Assembly (NCBI GenBank): GCA_951406725.2
Contig: OX597821.1
Coordinates: forward strand, 48,732,001-48,796,000
Length of the DNA: 64,000 nucleotides
Source: Octopus vulgaris
Taxonomy: Eukaryota
Reading direction: 5' to 3'
Position numbers and translations under genes: made by a program. Numbering within the stretch: position 1 is the first letter of the stretch; the number at the start of each line of letters is the position of its first letter. Below the pieces are notes generated by a model. That model did no database searches and was not told where the DNA came from. It saw nothing but the letters and a program-made list of their open reading frames with translations. Of the stretch, positions 12,157 through 24,154 are shown one piece after another.

Positions 12157-13254
12157 TTTTACGAGTAGCTATATATACATTTACGGTGGGAAGATAAAAC
12201 TTTTTGTTTATATAGTTTTATGAACGGGTATAAACTTCCAAATTGAGAAAAAAATTAAATATGGCGTATTAAAGGAATCGAAAAATCAATTTCAGCGAAC
12301 AAGAAAAGAAAACAAAAGAAAATTCACTTACTTGTAGAAAATAGTTTTAAAATTAAGGAAAATAGGAAAGTATTGCTTTTGTGCAATTTTAAAATTTCTT
12401 TCTCACAAATGGTAAAAAATGATTTTTTGAGCTTTTTTTAATGAATTAAATGTATATAATATATTTTGAGTTAATTACTCGGCAAACTTGACTTTCATAA
12501 GTGAAGCACTTTCTTATAACAGATTGCCTGTCAGCCCTGTGCATGAACTTTGGAAAACAATGTCACTGCGCAATATTAGATAAAGACATGTTACTGAAAT
12601 ACTTAACTAGATTGTTTCAAATTTTGAAAGTATGTGACCTCGTGTCACCCTTCCTTTGATAAATACTGTCATCATTTTGAAGACAGGTAAGCCAAGAGGA
12701 GAAGAGAAATACTAATGATATATTTTAACATAAAGTAAAATAAGATTTCAAAAAAATGTGTAATACTAACTAGACAAGAAAAGAATTACTGACAACATGG
12801 ACCGAAACAATGTTGACTGTCACGTATGTCTAATTAGAAGCTTTCATATTATTATAGAGAGGTAACTTTATAATAACATTTGAAATATTTAGCGTTAAGA
12901 TCTCATCTAAGTTATAAAGATAATAATCACTGTCAACGTGTGATATGTCCTGAAAAATCAGCCGTGAGGCGATGGACACGAGGAAATACTACGCCAAATT
13001 ATTACAGCTTGCCACGACGTTACTCTGACAAACTATTGGTAGAGGATGCTTTAATGGCTCAGTTCTGGAGGATTAGCACTGAGAGACTAAATAACTGACA
13101 ATATCTTTATCATTCAGCAATAAAGTTTTCATGACAAAAGTCCCTGTAATGAATTGTAGAAACTGCGCAGAGAAACGGGGCGCAATTTAACACTGTATCA
13201 AAAAACTATAGATATATTCGGTCAATACAGATGTTAGTATTTTATACATTGTTG

Positions 13255-14435
13255 TTAAGCAGGTTATAATTTTTGGGTTCATTTGTTTCCTCATTTTTTG
13301 GAAGTAGGAACGTTACACCATAAATAGCCAAGAGAGAATCATACTAGGTTGTTGCAAAACATCGTTGTACAGTTTTGTTAGCAATTCATAACTCTCTGGG
13401 AAGGCATTCAACCAGAAGTTAGGAATTTTATCCTTTCCTGGAGACTTCCATTTGCTTGACCTCCTGAGAGCAGATCTTACATCCTCTGCCTTGATACCCT
13501 CCCACTTTTGCTATTCTAAGGAGTCTAAGTCTGTAGATATTATATCAATTCAAGGGGGCTTTTCATTGTGTGTTTTTGCTTCTGCCCAAATTTTATTCCA
13601 AAATTCCTGCACTTCTTTTGATGGGACAGACTTTAGTGTAACTGGTATTTTCCTTATCTTCCTGTAAACATTTTTTGGATTATTTTTTTATCATGTTCTT
13701 GTCCTTGAAGAATCTAACGCGCTTTTCATACCTTACTGTGCGGGCTGCTTTAGTTGATAGTTTCTGTGATGGTATCGATGTCAAATATGGTTTTCATATT
13801 ATATTTTTTCTTTCATCTTCGGATTTTTGTTGGTTTGATAGTCTTGTAAAACTTAAGGTTTTTAAACACTCTATGTCAGATCTAAGTAGCTGAATTTGGT
13901 GTTGAATACGCTCTTACCAAGTAGGCTTTTTGTAGGAATGTTGTAGTTTTCACCACATAGAATTGTCGAGATTTTCACGTATGCATAGTACAGGTGGTTG
14001 AGATCTGTAATATCAACATCATTCGCTTAAATGATATACTTAAGTGCAAGGCGGATTTTACCAATTACTTTCAGGTTTTGGTTAGAATTGCGAATTTTGG
14101 GGAGAGTGTCGCGTTCATTCATACTGGTTTCTTTAATTTTCAGCCATTCAATCATGATTTGGTCTTTTCAGATCATGTAGTTCTGTTGGGTCAATTTCTG
14201 TGTGACTTTCTTCATCTATTTATTTTCATGCGCCGTTAGTGTTTATGGTTGATTCAGAGGGTATTTCACTGCTTATCAGTTACGTTAACTCCTTCAATCA
14301 TTATTGCATTTTCATCAGACCTGGGCTGGTCTATAATTATTTCCTCTGTAGTATCTTCTTCAGCTGCAACTTTGTTCCTTATATCCCTTACTGATTGTTT
14401 AATTTTGTCAATCTCTAATTCAGTTCTCTTTAATC
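13255..14435 (-). mobile_element. Non-LTR retrotransposon fragment, pre-RT region (R4/Dong-like)
   Basis: Minus strand reads EDVRSALRRSSKWKSPGKDKIPNFWL...TFLLPKNEETNEPKNY. Frameshifted and truncated. Confidence 0.7.
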
Positions 14436-14444
14436 TTTTAATCT

Positions 14445-14638
14445 TTAACTTGTTTCAGTCATTTGACTGCGGCCATGCTGGAGCACCGCCTTTAGTCGAG
14501 GAAATCGACCCCCAGGACTTATTCTTTGTAAGCCTAGTACTTATTCTATCGGTCTCTTTTGCCGAACCGCTATGTTACGGGGACGTAAACACACCAACAT
14601 CGGTTGTTAAGCGATGTTGGGGGACAAACACAGAGACA

Positions 14639-14678
<40 letters not shown>

Positions 14679-14820
14679 TATATACGACGGGCTTCTTTCA
14701 ATTTCCGTCAACCAAATCCACTCACAAGGGTTTGGTTGCCCAAGGTGCCACGCAGTGGGACTGAACCCGGAACCATGTGGTTGGTAAGCAAGCTACTTGC
14801 CACACAGCCACTCCTGCGCC
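14445..14820 (-). mobile_element. tRNA-derived SINE with internal microsatellite
   Basis: Reverse complement of the 16099 element, with an internal deletion. Confidence 0.88.
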
Positions 14821-15081
14821 TATGTTAGTAATTTCTTTTCCATAATGTTCCTTCTAACGTTGGCAAGTTTGTTACAGTCTATGGAATTGCAATGACACAC
14901 AACCTTGACCCTGCCACAAGATTAGCTGGAGTTTTTCACTAATCTAAATAACATTGTTTGCCTAGTGTGCCAACAGAGAACTTATGAGATATTTTGCCCA
15001 GATTGATAATCTCTCACAATCAGTTTTGTTTACACACACACACACCCACGCACACTCACACACGCACGCTCACGCACACAC

Positions 15082-15143
<62 letters not shown>

Positions 15144-15309
15144 TTAATGTAACATTTATGACAACAAAAGCATTTATCACTCAATATGGCCACCTTTTTG
15201 GGCAATTATTGTTTCCACACAAAAACGAAATTTCTTTGCAGCTTCTGCAACCTCCACCTTTTTTTTATTTTGCATGTCAAACTGTTGACATTCAAGTGTG
15301 GTCCTTGCT

Positions 15310-16070
15310 TTAAGTACGCCGCATAAAAAGTAATCGAGAATCCTGGATAAGTATCACATTTTCAAGCCCAAACTTCTGCTCCATCCAAAGTAACAGAGAG
15401 TTCTTCAGGATGTCCAGATACTCCTTTGTGCCAATCGTCAAGCCAGACCCAATCAAGTGTGGATCTATGACACTTCCACCGCTCGCTACGGCTCCAAATA
15501 CCATCACAGAAGCAGGATTCTTAGTCTCAAACACAAGGGGATGTCAGAAGGGTTGTATGCAATCACTCGAGAATTTCTCCCATTCACCTCAGCGTTCACA
15601 GTGAACTTCACGTCCATAAACACGAGAGTTTTCCCTGTGCCTTGATGATTGATGAATGGCAGAAACTTTGGGCATCTCTCGGCTCTGATTTCTAAGTTGG
15701 CTGTTAGGAAGTGACGGGGTCGTCGAACATAGTTAATCATGCCAAGGTTCCTGTTCACAGTTCTGGACAGGGACACATTGCGTTTCTTTGCGAGAATTGT
15801 CTTGGATGTGGATGGATTAGTTTCAATCGAGCGTTTGAGGCCGGCGAGAAACTTTGGATTGCGCTTGGAATCGCTTCGAGTCTTATGTTCTTTTCTATCA
15901 ATCTTTCCCTCTCCTTTAAATTGTTTATACACACGATAAACTGTTGCTTTTGGAAGTTTCGTCAACATAACAATTTTATTGGCACTGTGCCCGGCACGCG
16001 CTAAAACAACAATGGCTGAACGATTCTGCTGTCGAGTCAGTTTGCTATTTACCCGTAGAATTTCAGGCAA
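15310..16070 (-). mobile_element. Truncated Tc1/mariner transposase (maT/DD37D-like)
   Basis: HTH N-terminus (AIVVLARAGHSANKIV...KATVYRVYKQF), TKNPASVMVFGAVASGG, YLDIL, IQDS. Frameshifted and ends after the second Asp. Confidence 0.85.
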
Positions 16071-16098
16071 TCAAGGTTTTGTCAAAAAATGAAATATA

Positions 16099-16263
16099 GG
16101 CGCAGGAGTGGCTGTGTGGTAAGTAGCTTGCTAACCAACCACATGGTTCCGGGTTCAGTCCCACTGCGTAGCATCTTGGGCAAGTGTCTTCTGCTATAGT
16201 CCCGGGTCGACCAATGCCTTGTGAGTGGATTTGGTAGACGGAAACTGAAAGAAGCCTGTCGTA

Positions 16264-16333
<70 letters not shown>

Positions 16334-16533
16334 TGTGACTGTGTTCGTCCCCCTAGCATTGCTTGACAACCGATGCTGGTATGTTTACGTCCCCGTCACT
16401 TAGCGGTTCGGCAAAAGAGACCGATAGAATAAGTACTGGGCTTACAAAGAATAAGTCCCGGGGTCGATTTGCTCGACTAAAGGCGGTGCTCCAGCATGGC
16501 CGTAGTCAAGTGACTGAAACAAGTAAAAGAGTA
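16099..16533 (+). mobile_element. Full-length tRNA-derived SINE with internal (TA)n(TG)n
   Basis: A box TGGCTGTGTGG, B-box-like GGTTCAGTCCC, then ttgggcaagtgtctt, a microsatellite and the tail gactgaaacaagtaaaagagt. Decayed copies at ~6385, 22995, 27372, 32100, 34075, 42840, 46487 and 63060. Confidence 0.9.
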
Positions 16534-16965
16534 TTAAGCCCACTAAGTCAACTGATTAAATTGGTCTCAGTTTATCTGCAAAACACTGTACTTGCAAGTG
16601 TCCAGCAATGACTGAATGACTGGTTATCTGTTCGGTTTATTATAAAACATATTTCTTGTTCTTTCTTACATCAACAATTATTTTGGTCAGAATGAACAAT
16701 CCTGTTCTCGATTAAGATCAAGCTTAACAATTTAAAGATAATAAACAGACTTGATGTTAAATTATGAAGTTGAAAAGTTAATTAAAAGTGGTAACAGCAT
16801 GTAAAAATGTCAGCGAGACCTGTCAAAGCTAAATATAAATTAACTTCCCTAGCCGCGAGAAAAATGTGACAGAATTTTTTTTTCTTTCATAAATAAAACA
16901 AAAATTTAAAACTTCCACAGATTTTCTTTCTTTTTTTCTTTCGGAAAATGAGACAAGGCTCCATG

Positions 16966-16966
<1 letters not shown>

Positions 16967-17017
<51 letters not shown>

Positions 17018-17022
17018 TGATG

Positions 17023-17086
<64 letters not shown>

Positions 17087-17122
17087 TGATGATGATAATA
17101 ATAATAATGATAATATTAATAA
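16967..17122. repeat. (AAT)n/(GAT)n microsatellite
   Basis: Direct reading. A similar (AAT)n tract lies at 19025-19099. Confidence 0.95.
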
Positions 17123-17125
17123 TAT

Positions 17126-17447
17126 GTACTCCGATTTAAAGCGACATTTTTAATATAAATAATTGACTGAAAATGATGAGCTCACGGAAGCCAGACTCGA
17201 ACCCACATATCAACACTTATCATATATCACGATTCCATGTGCATCCGATTGGGCCAAACGCTCAACCATCACTTTTAGCCAAATTTAATGAATATATACT
17301 TTAACTGCCCAATACTATATATAATATTTGTAAACAAACCTGCATGGAGTCGTATTAGCGTTGATATGTGGGTTTGATTCTGGCCTGGGTTAGATCATTA
17401 CTTTTTAGTCAATTGTTTATATAAAAATGTCGCTTTAAAGCGAAGTA
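17126..17447 (-). mobile_element. Fold-back element with a tRNA-like (Pol III) head
   Basis: ~95-bp imperfect inverted arms at 17126-17220 and 17355-17447. The minus strand carries an A-box-like TGGCCCAATCGG and a B box GGTTCGAGTC. Confidence 0.55.
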
Positions 17448-17462
17448 TATATATATATATAT

Positions 17463-18522
17463 AAATTGAGGGAGATAAATTAATATTAATTTTAATATCA
17501 ATTTAAAACCAGTAGTCCAGCATTCAAAAAATCTGAGGAGTCAGAGAAAATTCAAATATATGTGTATATTGGCAGGGCTGGCCTGCTAGGTAGCCGGCCA
17601 GAATGCTAGAAGAAGATCATCAACGATCAAACTACAAGGGAAATTCTCTAGAGGAAGAATTCAGCGAACACCAGAACCAACTTTGGCGGGCAGGACATAT
17701 GAAAAATTATATAAATAACAGACTTAAATGCATACCTCGGTTTCGGTCTTAACAAAAGAATTACTTGCATAATTCAAGTGTCCGTGACTTCATCAGTATA
17801 TTCGGTCCTCGAGATGCAAACCGCAAGACCAACCCCAGCCCTCTGTGTCAAGACAGACACGTGCTTAGTCTTACTGATTACATCAGGAATAAAATTTCAA
17901 ATGTCTTGGCTCCGGCGCGCTGAGAGACTCCTGAAGCGAAGGGCTGCAGTGAATAATTCACTGCGGGTAGTGCTTACAACTGGGGAACGTATTTATTTAA
18001 ATATTTAAAAATTGAGGGAGATAAATTAATATTAATTTTAATATCAATTTAAAACCAGTAGTCCAGCATTCAAAAAATCTGAGGAGTCAGAGAAAATTCA
18101 AATATATGTGTATATTGGCAGGGCTGGCCAGCTAGGTAGCCGGCCAGAATGCTAGAAGAAGATCATCAACGATCAAACTACAAGGGAAATTCTCTAGAGG
18201 AAGAATTCAGCGAACACCAGAACCAACTTTGGCGGGCAGGACATATGAAAAATTAAATAAATAACAGACTTAAATGCATACCTCGGTTTCGGTCTTAACA
18301 AAAGAATTACTTGAATTATGCAAGTAATTCTTTTGTTAAGACCGAAACCGAGGTATGCATTTAAGTCTGTTATTTATATAATTTTTCATATGTCCTGCCC
18401 GCCAAAGTTGGTTCTGGTGTTCGCTGAATTCTTCCTCTAGAGAATTTCCCTTGTAGTTTGATCGTTGATGATCTTCTTCTAGCATTCTGGCCGGCTACCT
18501 AGCAGGCCAGCCCTGCCAATAT

Positions 18523-18527
<5 letters not shown>
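17463..18527 (-). mobile_element. Non-coding Penelope-type/retrozyme-like element: 546-bp unit, partial tandem copy and inverted copy
   Basis: 17463-17767 is repeated at 18009-18313 with 2 substitutions noticed. 18321-18527 is an inverted copy. (TA)n on both flanks. Contains a hammerhead core. Confidence 0.8.
17712..17802 (-). ncRNA. Type I hammerhead ribozyme motif
   Basis: aauaua-CUGAUGA-aguc...gacc-GAAAC-cgagguaugcauuuaa-GUC-uguuauu. The core is intact, stem I has one bulge, and loop III contains the palindrome augcau. Confidence 0.6.
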
Positions 18528-18590
<63 letters not shown>

Positions 18591-19028
18591 CAAGCAAATT
18601 AGCTTGCTAGAAAATCTCTATAAGAGATGAAAGCAGTAACTATAATGATAAATAACGGTTATTGCCACTTAAACATGGTTATTAAGAACCAATGTTACTA
18701 CAGCTTTAAGCTGAGGAGGACGCCTTCTCCTGTGGTTATTCTACATATTGCGAGTAGGAGGGAATAACTGCCACTGCTAGCGGATGAGTATCCACCACCG
18801 AGGATGAGCACAAATATCTCGAAACCGTATTGTTTAGTGATATCGTGGCTGGAAGATGTTAGATGTTCACTCTTCTGCTTACATGTATAGTGCATGTTGC
18901 ATTGAACAAACCTGCTGGAGGAGGCGTGGATTCCTACTGAACAACTATGTTTAAGTGGCGATGACTATTACTTATATGTATGCGTGTGTGTGTATGTAAA
19001 TATATATATAACAACAACAGCAACAATA

Positions 19029-19102
<74 letters not shown>

Positions 19103-19281
19103 TGAATATAGTCTTTCATAATATTTTGTTTTAAACCCGTTTCAGTTGCTAAGTTTTGCGTTAAAACATTTTCGGTAGTAGGATACGCTTTTATAATTAC
19201 AGCTATATATGTATATATATGAAAAATAGAAGTTGAAAATGCACTGAGAATAGTTAAAGTATTTTTCATAAATATATTTAA

Positions 19282-20700
19282 AGATTTAACCGGTTTCACA
19301 GTTTACACTGATTTTCAAAAAGTTCAAATAGAACTTGCTTCTGACTAGTATCTGAAGCTTGCCCCATTTTTATAGGGACTTCATGGCTCAAATTAGTATC
19401 TGCTTTGAATAGGATTTGACTGGGAAAGGATAGTTACATGACTTGTCTTAGAAATTTTTGTTCGTATCAAGTGACAATATTCGGCGAGGTAAGTTAAGAC
19501 TGACACGGTTGACTGAACATGTCCAAGGAATCAATGCCCTGAATGTTTTCTTTCAAGTGTTGGTAGAGAATGAACACATGATTAAGTTTATAACCTTTTG
19601 TACGCTTCCTGCTACGTCCGTTCGTTAGCGTCACGTGAAAGTATATTTTGTGCTTAAAAAGAAGACCGACACTGTTGAGTGAACATTGTAAGATATAATC
19701 AAGGCACTCCATATTTAATCTGTCTGGTGGGAGAGTGAGAAGCTGTTTGTATGTAGTCCAGTGGCTAAAGTTTAGGCTGTTAGATGTGCAGGTTCCTCGT
19801 GATAACTGGCAGTATGAGTTTTGTGTGTGAATACTTATTTGTGTATTTACTCTGTTAAAGTTTAAGTCTTGGTTTGTACTTTTGTATGAAAGTATTTTCT
19901 TTGTTTATCCGTGCTTCATCTGTGGTATTCGCTGAACATAGGTAGAGTGGGAAGCCCTGGAATTTGGAGGATTTAGTGTTTTCACATATGTATATGTGTC
20001 CACTCAGTTGAATCTGTCTAGTACTGGTGTCTCGTATTTGTTGTCAGTGAATAGTTAGTCTATTTCTTAGAGTAAGCTTTGACTTACAGGATCTTCATTA
20101 GATCTTTGACATTTGATAGCGCATATTAAATTACTTGAAGAACATGTAAAGTGATTTTTTTACGCTAAAAGTCTGATTTGAATTTTTATGTTGTGTTTTC
20201 AATAAGGTTGATGCAGGTCCTGCAATTGGGGCGGCCAGACTTTTTGGCTGTCGGTGTAGGAATTGTGGAAGATAATATAACACTTGTGAGGAGTTTTTTT
20301 TTTTTTTTTGAGGGACTTCGATTGTCTTTTACTTTTGATTATTTTGTGTACTTTCGAATGCTTGTTTCATTCTTGGGTCTTCTTTTAGTAGTGGGATCTT
20401 CTGGTGGACAATATTGTAAACCTATGTATTTCTTGGGTAAAGTGTTCGATGTATCTGGGGCGTTTTTCGTTTTTCTTCGATATTTATTGCTTCGGCAAGT
20501 TCTATTCCGTTGTCTACTAACATTAATGGATATTGTCTTTTAAGTAGTACCTGTTTTAGTTCCTGGAGTATTTTATTGCGGGTTTCGGGGTTTGAGACAA
20601 TTGTGCAGATTCTTCTTGCTAGATTAAAGGGGATATTATTCTTCGTGTGTTTGGGATGGCATGAGGAAAACAGTAAGTATTGTTTAGAATTTGTTTGTAG
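19282..20700 (-). mobile_element. Penelope-like retroelement 3' half (RT thumb, Cys linker, decayed GIY-YIG, 3' region)
   Basis: QYLLFSSCHPKHTKNNIPFNLARRICTIVS...LKQVLLKRQYP, then IIKSKRQSKSL, GRPNCRTC and YFIQKYKP-like remnants. Decayed hammerhead-like tcagtgtaaactgt-GAAAccggtt at ~19282-19325. Confidence 0.85.
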
Positions 20701-20999
20701 TGAATATCTTTTTCAATGTTTTTATCTCTTTTGATGATTAGTAGATCCAGGAATGGATATACTCCTTGTATTCCCTCCTGTGTGCGACAATTGTTGTCAA
20801 TTAAAATCAGTTTGAAATTTTTCCGTTTTCGAGTTTGGCTTGGTTTTAAGGCAAAGCTGTTTGTTGTAATTATTGTTGAACTGTGTTGTTAAAACACTTT
20901 GTTAATTCTGCGTAGTTGCAGACACATTGACGTTTTTCCACTTGTTTGAAGGGGGAAAATGTTTTATTGTGTTTTGTTTTAAAAAAATAGAACGATGAT

Positions 21000-21930
21000 A
21001 TTATCAGATGGGAGTTAAAATAACGTCGAATCCTCCGAGGAAGAATTAACACAGTGTGTCAAAATATTGGACAAAATAATACAAAAGGAAAATGACACTA
21101 AAGCCAAAAAAGCAGACAATTTTGCAACAACGACTAGTGTCACAACAGGAAAAATGTGCATTGAAAGGAACAACTTGATAAATTCAAGTGTCTTCTATGT
21201 AAGGAAAGGCACGGAATTAAACTGATGCTTCCGAAAGAATTGTCCCATACAACCTCCCGTAAAACGGTGATTTTTAAAACCGTCTATATGAAAAGCAAAA
21301 GGCTCGACATAGTGACGAAAGAACAAGTGGAAAAGTGTCCGAGGCCCATCTGGCAAGATATTGCATATCTTACCAGAGGCAAAAGTTTTGCGACGGTGGA
21401 GGTGCTGTTCTCATCCGAAGATATTCTCAGTCAACACTCTACGACCCTGCCGAAAACCAACGAAGTGGTCCTCTTAGCCACATACCTGAGTGGACGTACT
21501 TCCAAGGTTGAGGCGGGAGAGATTATATCAAAGATCGATGTTATCTGCCAGGTGGCGGCAATCATCAAAGGTTTGGAGGAAAAAATAACAATCCTCCAAG
21601 CAACCAAAATCAAACACTAGAACTGGCAGGAGCAAGGATTAGAGATGCCAATCCAGCCTTCCCCTGCCGTTCTCGAGGAGATTGTCGACATCTTAGCAAG
21701 CTAAGAGTTATGGAGGAGAGTACAAGGGTTCGTTGTTTTAAATGTGTCCAGAAGGGCCACATAAGAGCAGAGTGCTCCCCACCTAAACCACAAGAGAACC
21801 TAAGAGTAGGGAAAGGAGTCGCACCTCTAGCGGTGAAAGCAGCGACTCCCAACTCTCCGGCATCACAAACGGCAGCAAAGATCCGGGAGGAGACGAATAC
21901 AATGAAGAGGAAAGAAAAAAATAAATGAAA
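21000..21930 (+). mobile_element. Decayed LINE ORF1 (gag-like, CCHC knuckle), probably L1/Tx1-type
   Basis: RCFKCVQKGHIRAEC zinc knuckle in the 21710 ORF, preceded by an RRM-like frame (21225-21620). Frameshifted. Confidence 0.65.
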
Positions 21931-22898
21931 TTCCTGATGGCTTCTGTTTAAAATGCTGAAAGTAATAAAAAAAATTAGGTGGTGCCTTTCGTTCTGGTAG
22001 GTAAGACGTTAAAAATGTGTGGAGTAAAAAGTTTCATGGCAAGTACACCTGCGAGTGCTTTGAAACCAAAACTAAGAGAAATTTCAGTTTTTTCAGAAAT
22101 ACCCTTAAAAAAATTAAAATTTATAGATTGTGGAAAACACGAGACACAAAAGCAATCGGTGTTCCCGGGATCGAAATCTACTTCAATATACGACCTCTTA
22201 AAAAAAGTATTATAGTACTATTTTAAGCAATGTATGAGTCAGGCCGAGTTTTGGGGGTTTTTTTCGCTTAGTGCAATGCACGAAGACAAATTCTGATTAA
22301 TATTACTTTCATAGTAATTTGGCATCTTTTCCATTAGTATATTGTCTTTTTGAAACAGGTATGAAACCTATTTTGCTCTTTTTTCTTTTGTTGTAATCGC
22401 TGTGCTTTTTGTGTTAAAATATTTGTTTGGAAATCTGAATTTTTGTTTCTCTGAATTTTGTTGCTCAAATGGCCAGACATCTATATTAATTTGAAGATTA
22501 TGACCGTGGATTCTGCTATAATTGTGTAAATAAGCCCGGATGCTACGTTCCATGAAAGAAGGAATGTTTTGTTTGCTACACACCTATAAATGTTGGAATG
22601 TCAGGTTGTGTGTGTGTTCGGATATATATCTTTTAATGGAATGCTTCAGGTTTTATTCCAATACGTTTTTCACCATTTGTTATTTTTCATGTCACAAATC
22701 TATTATATATATCTAAAATCATTGACCTAAATATACCTAATTATGCAAAAAGAAAATATATTCCGCACATTTATTTTGTAAGCCAAAATATAAAACTCTA
22801 TGAGAAAAAGAACCTTTTGTCAGAATTCAAAGGGGCTCTCAGGTAATATTTAAAAGTAAATTTTCAGTGAAGAAAATTTGCCACTTCGTTTTATAATG

Positions 22899-22974
<76 letters not shown>

Positions 22975-23139
22975 ATGTATGTATGTATGTATGTATGTAT
23001 TTGTGTCTGCATTTGTCCCCCAACTATCGCTTCACCACCAATGTTGGCGTGTTTACGTCCCTGTAAACAAGCCATTCGACAAAAGAAATCCGACAGAATA
23101 AGTGCTAGGCTTACAGATAATACTAAAACGACAATTTCA

Positions 23140-23778
23140 GGAATGTTAAGAGCAATCTTCTGATGTTGATTATTGTTATTGGAGCTATTTTTATCATACT
23201 TGTGGCTATGGCGAAAGAATGTATCTGGTGGACGCGCCTGAAAGGATTAGAGACAAACGCTTTCCTCTCTGATCAATCTCTCATCAACTTCTTCAAGTAT
23301 CACTTGAAAAGGAAAGTGAGAGTAGAGAGGCAAGTTTTGTCTAGTGAATGTCTTAAAAAAAGATGGGTGAATGTAGCAAGGATGGCACGTATGAATGACG
23401 AAGCCACCTTCACTATGATCGTATGAACCGTAAAAATTTAATACAGAGAGTTACATATTTGTAAAAAAAATATAGCATGTGACTTCATTGACCGAGGTTA
23501 CCGTGGTCTTTTCCGTAGGATTTTCTTTCCACGGGTAAACCTCATCTGCCTTACCTTTTACACTTTATATTGACATTTCTGTGATAACGATCCCTATTGA
23601 TCGATTTTTTTCTTTTTCCTTTTATTCCCCCCCCCCCTTTGTATTTGCTTTCCTCTTTCTTTCCTTTTACGATCCCATTTGATCGAAAACCAACCCCACT
23701 TTTTTTTATCCCCAAAAGAAAAGTTCTACCTTGTAATTTGTCCCGTCTGTGTGCAGCCCTGTGTGGCTAATAAAGAAA
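23140..23778 (+). mobile_element. 5'-truncated L1/Tx1-like LINE: ORF2 C-terminus and 3' UTR
   Basis: ILVAMAKECIWWTRLKGL...FFKYHLKRKVRVER...KKRW resembles Tx1/L1 C-termini. Pyrimidine-rich UTR ending aataaagaaa next to a microsatellite. Confidence 0.65.
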
Positions 23779-23804
23779 CGTATTTGTAATTTTCTTTCCC
23801 ACCT

Positions 23805-23930
<126 letters not shown>

Positions 23931-24154
23931 TACATTACTTATATAAGTTTAGCTAATTTTTCCGTATTTATAAAACCTTATTTTTTGTTACTAACTTATT
24001 GTAGATATAATTTATAGTAGTATTAGTGTATAAATTAGCATGATATTATACGTTATATTACATTATTTGAATACATTTAAACTTGGATGTTTCTTAATAA
24101 ATAAATGAATATATAATTTAATGAATATCTATTAATTATAGTAATATAAATTAA

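Noticed and set aside
12326-12520. Non-coding first exon of the vWA gene (GTAAGT donor at 12331-12326)
   Set aside because: Plausible, because the ATG exon has an acceptor, but a donor motif alone is not enough support.
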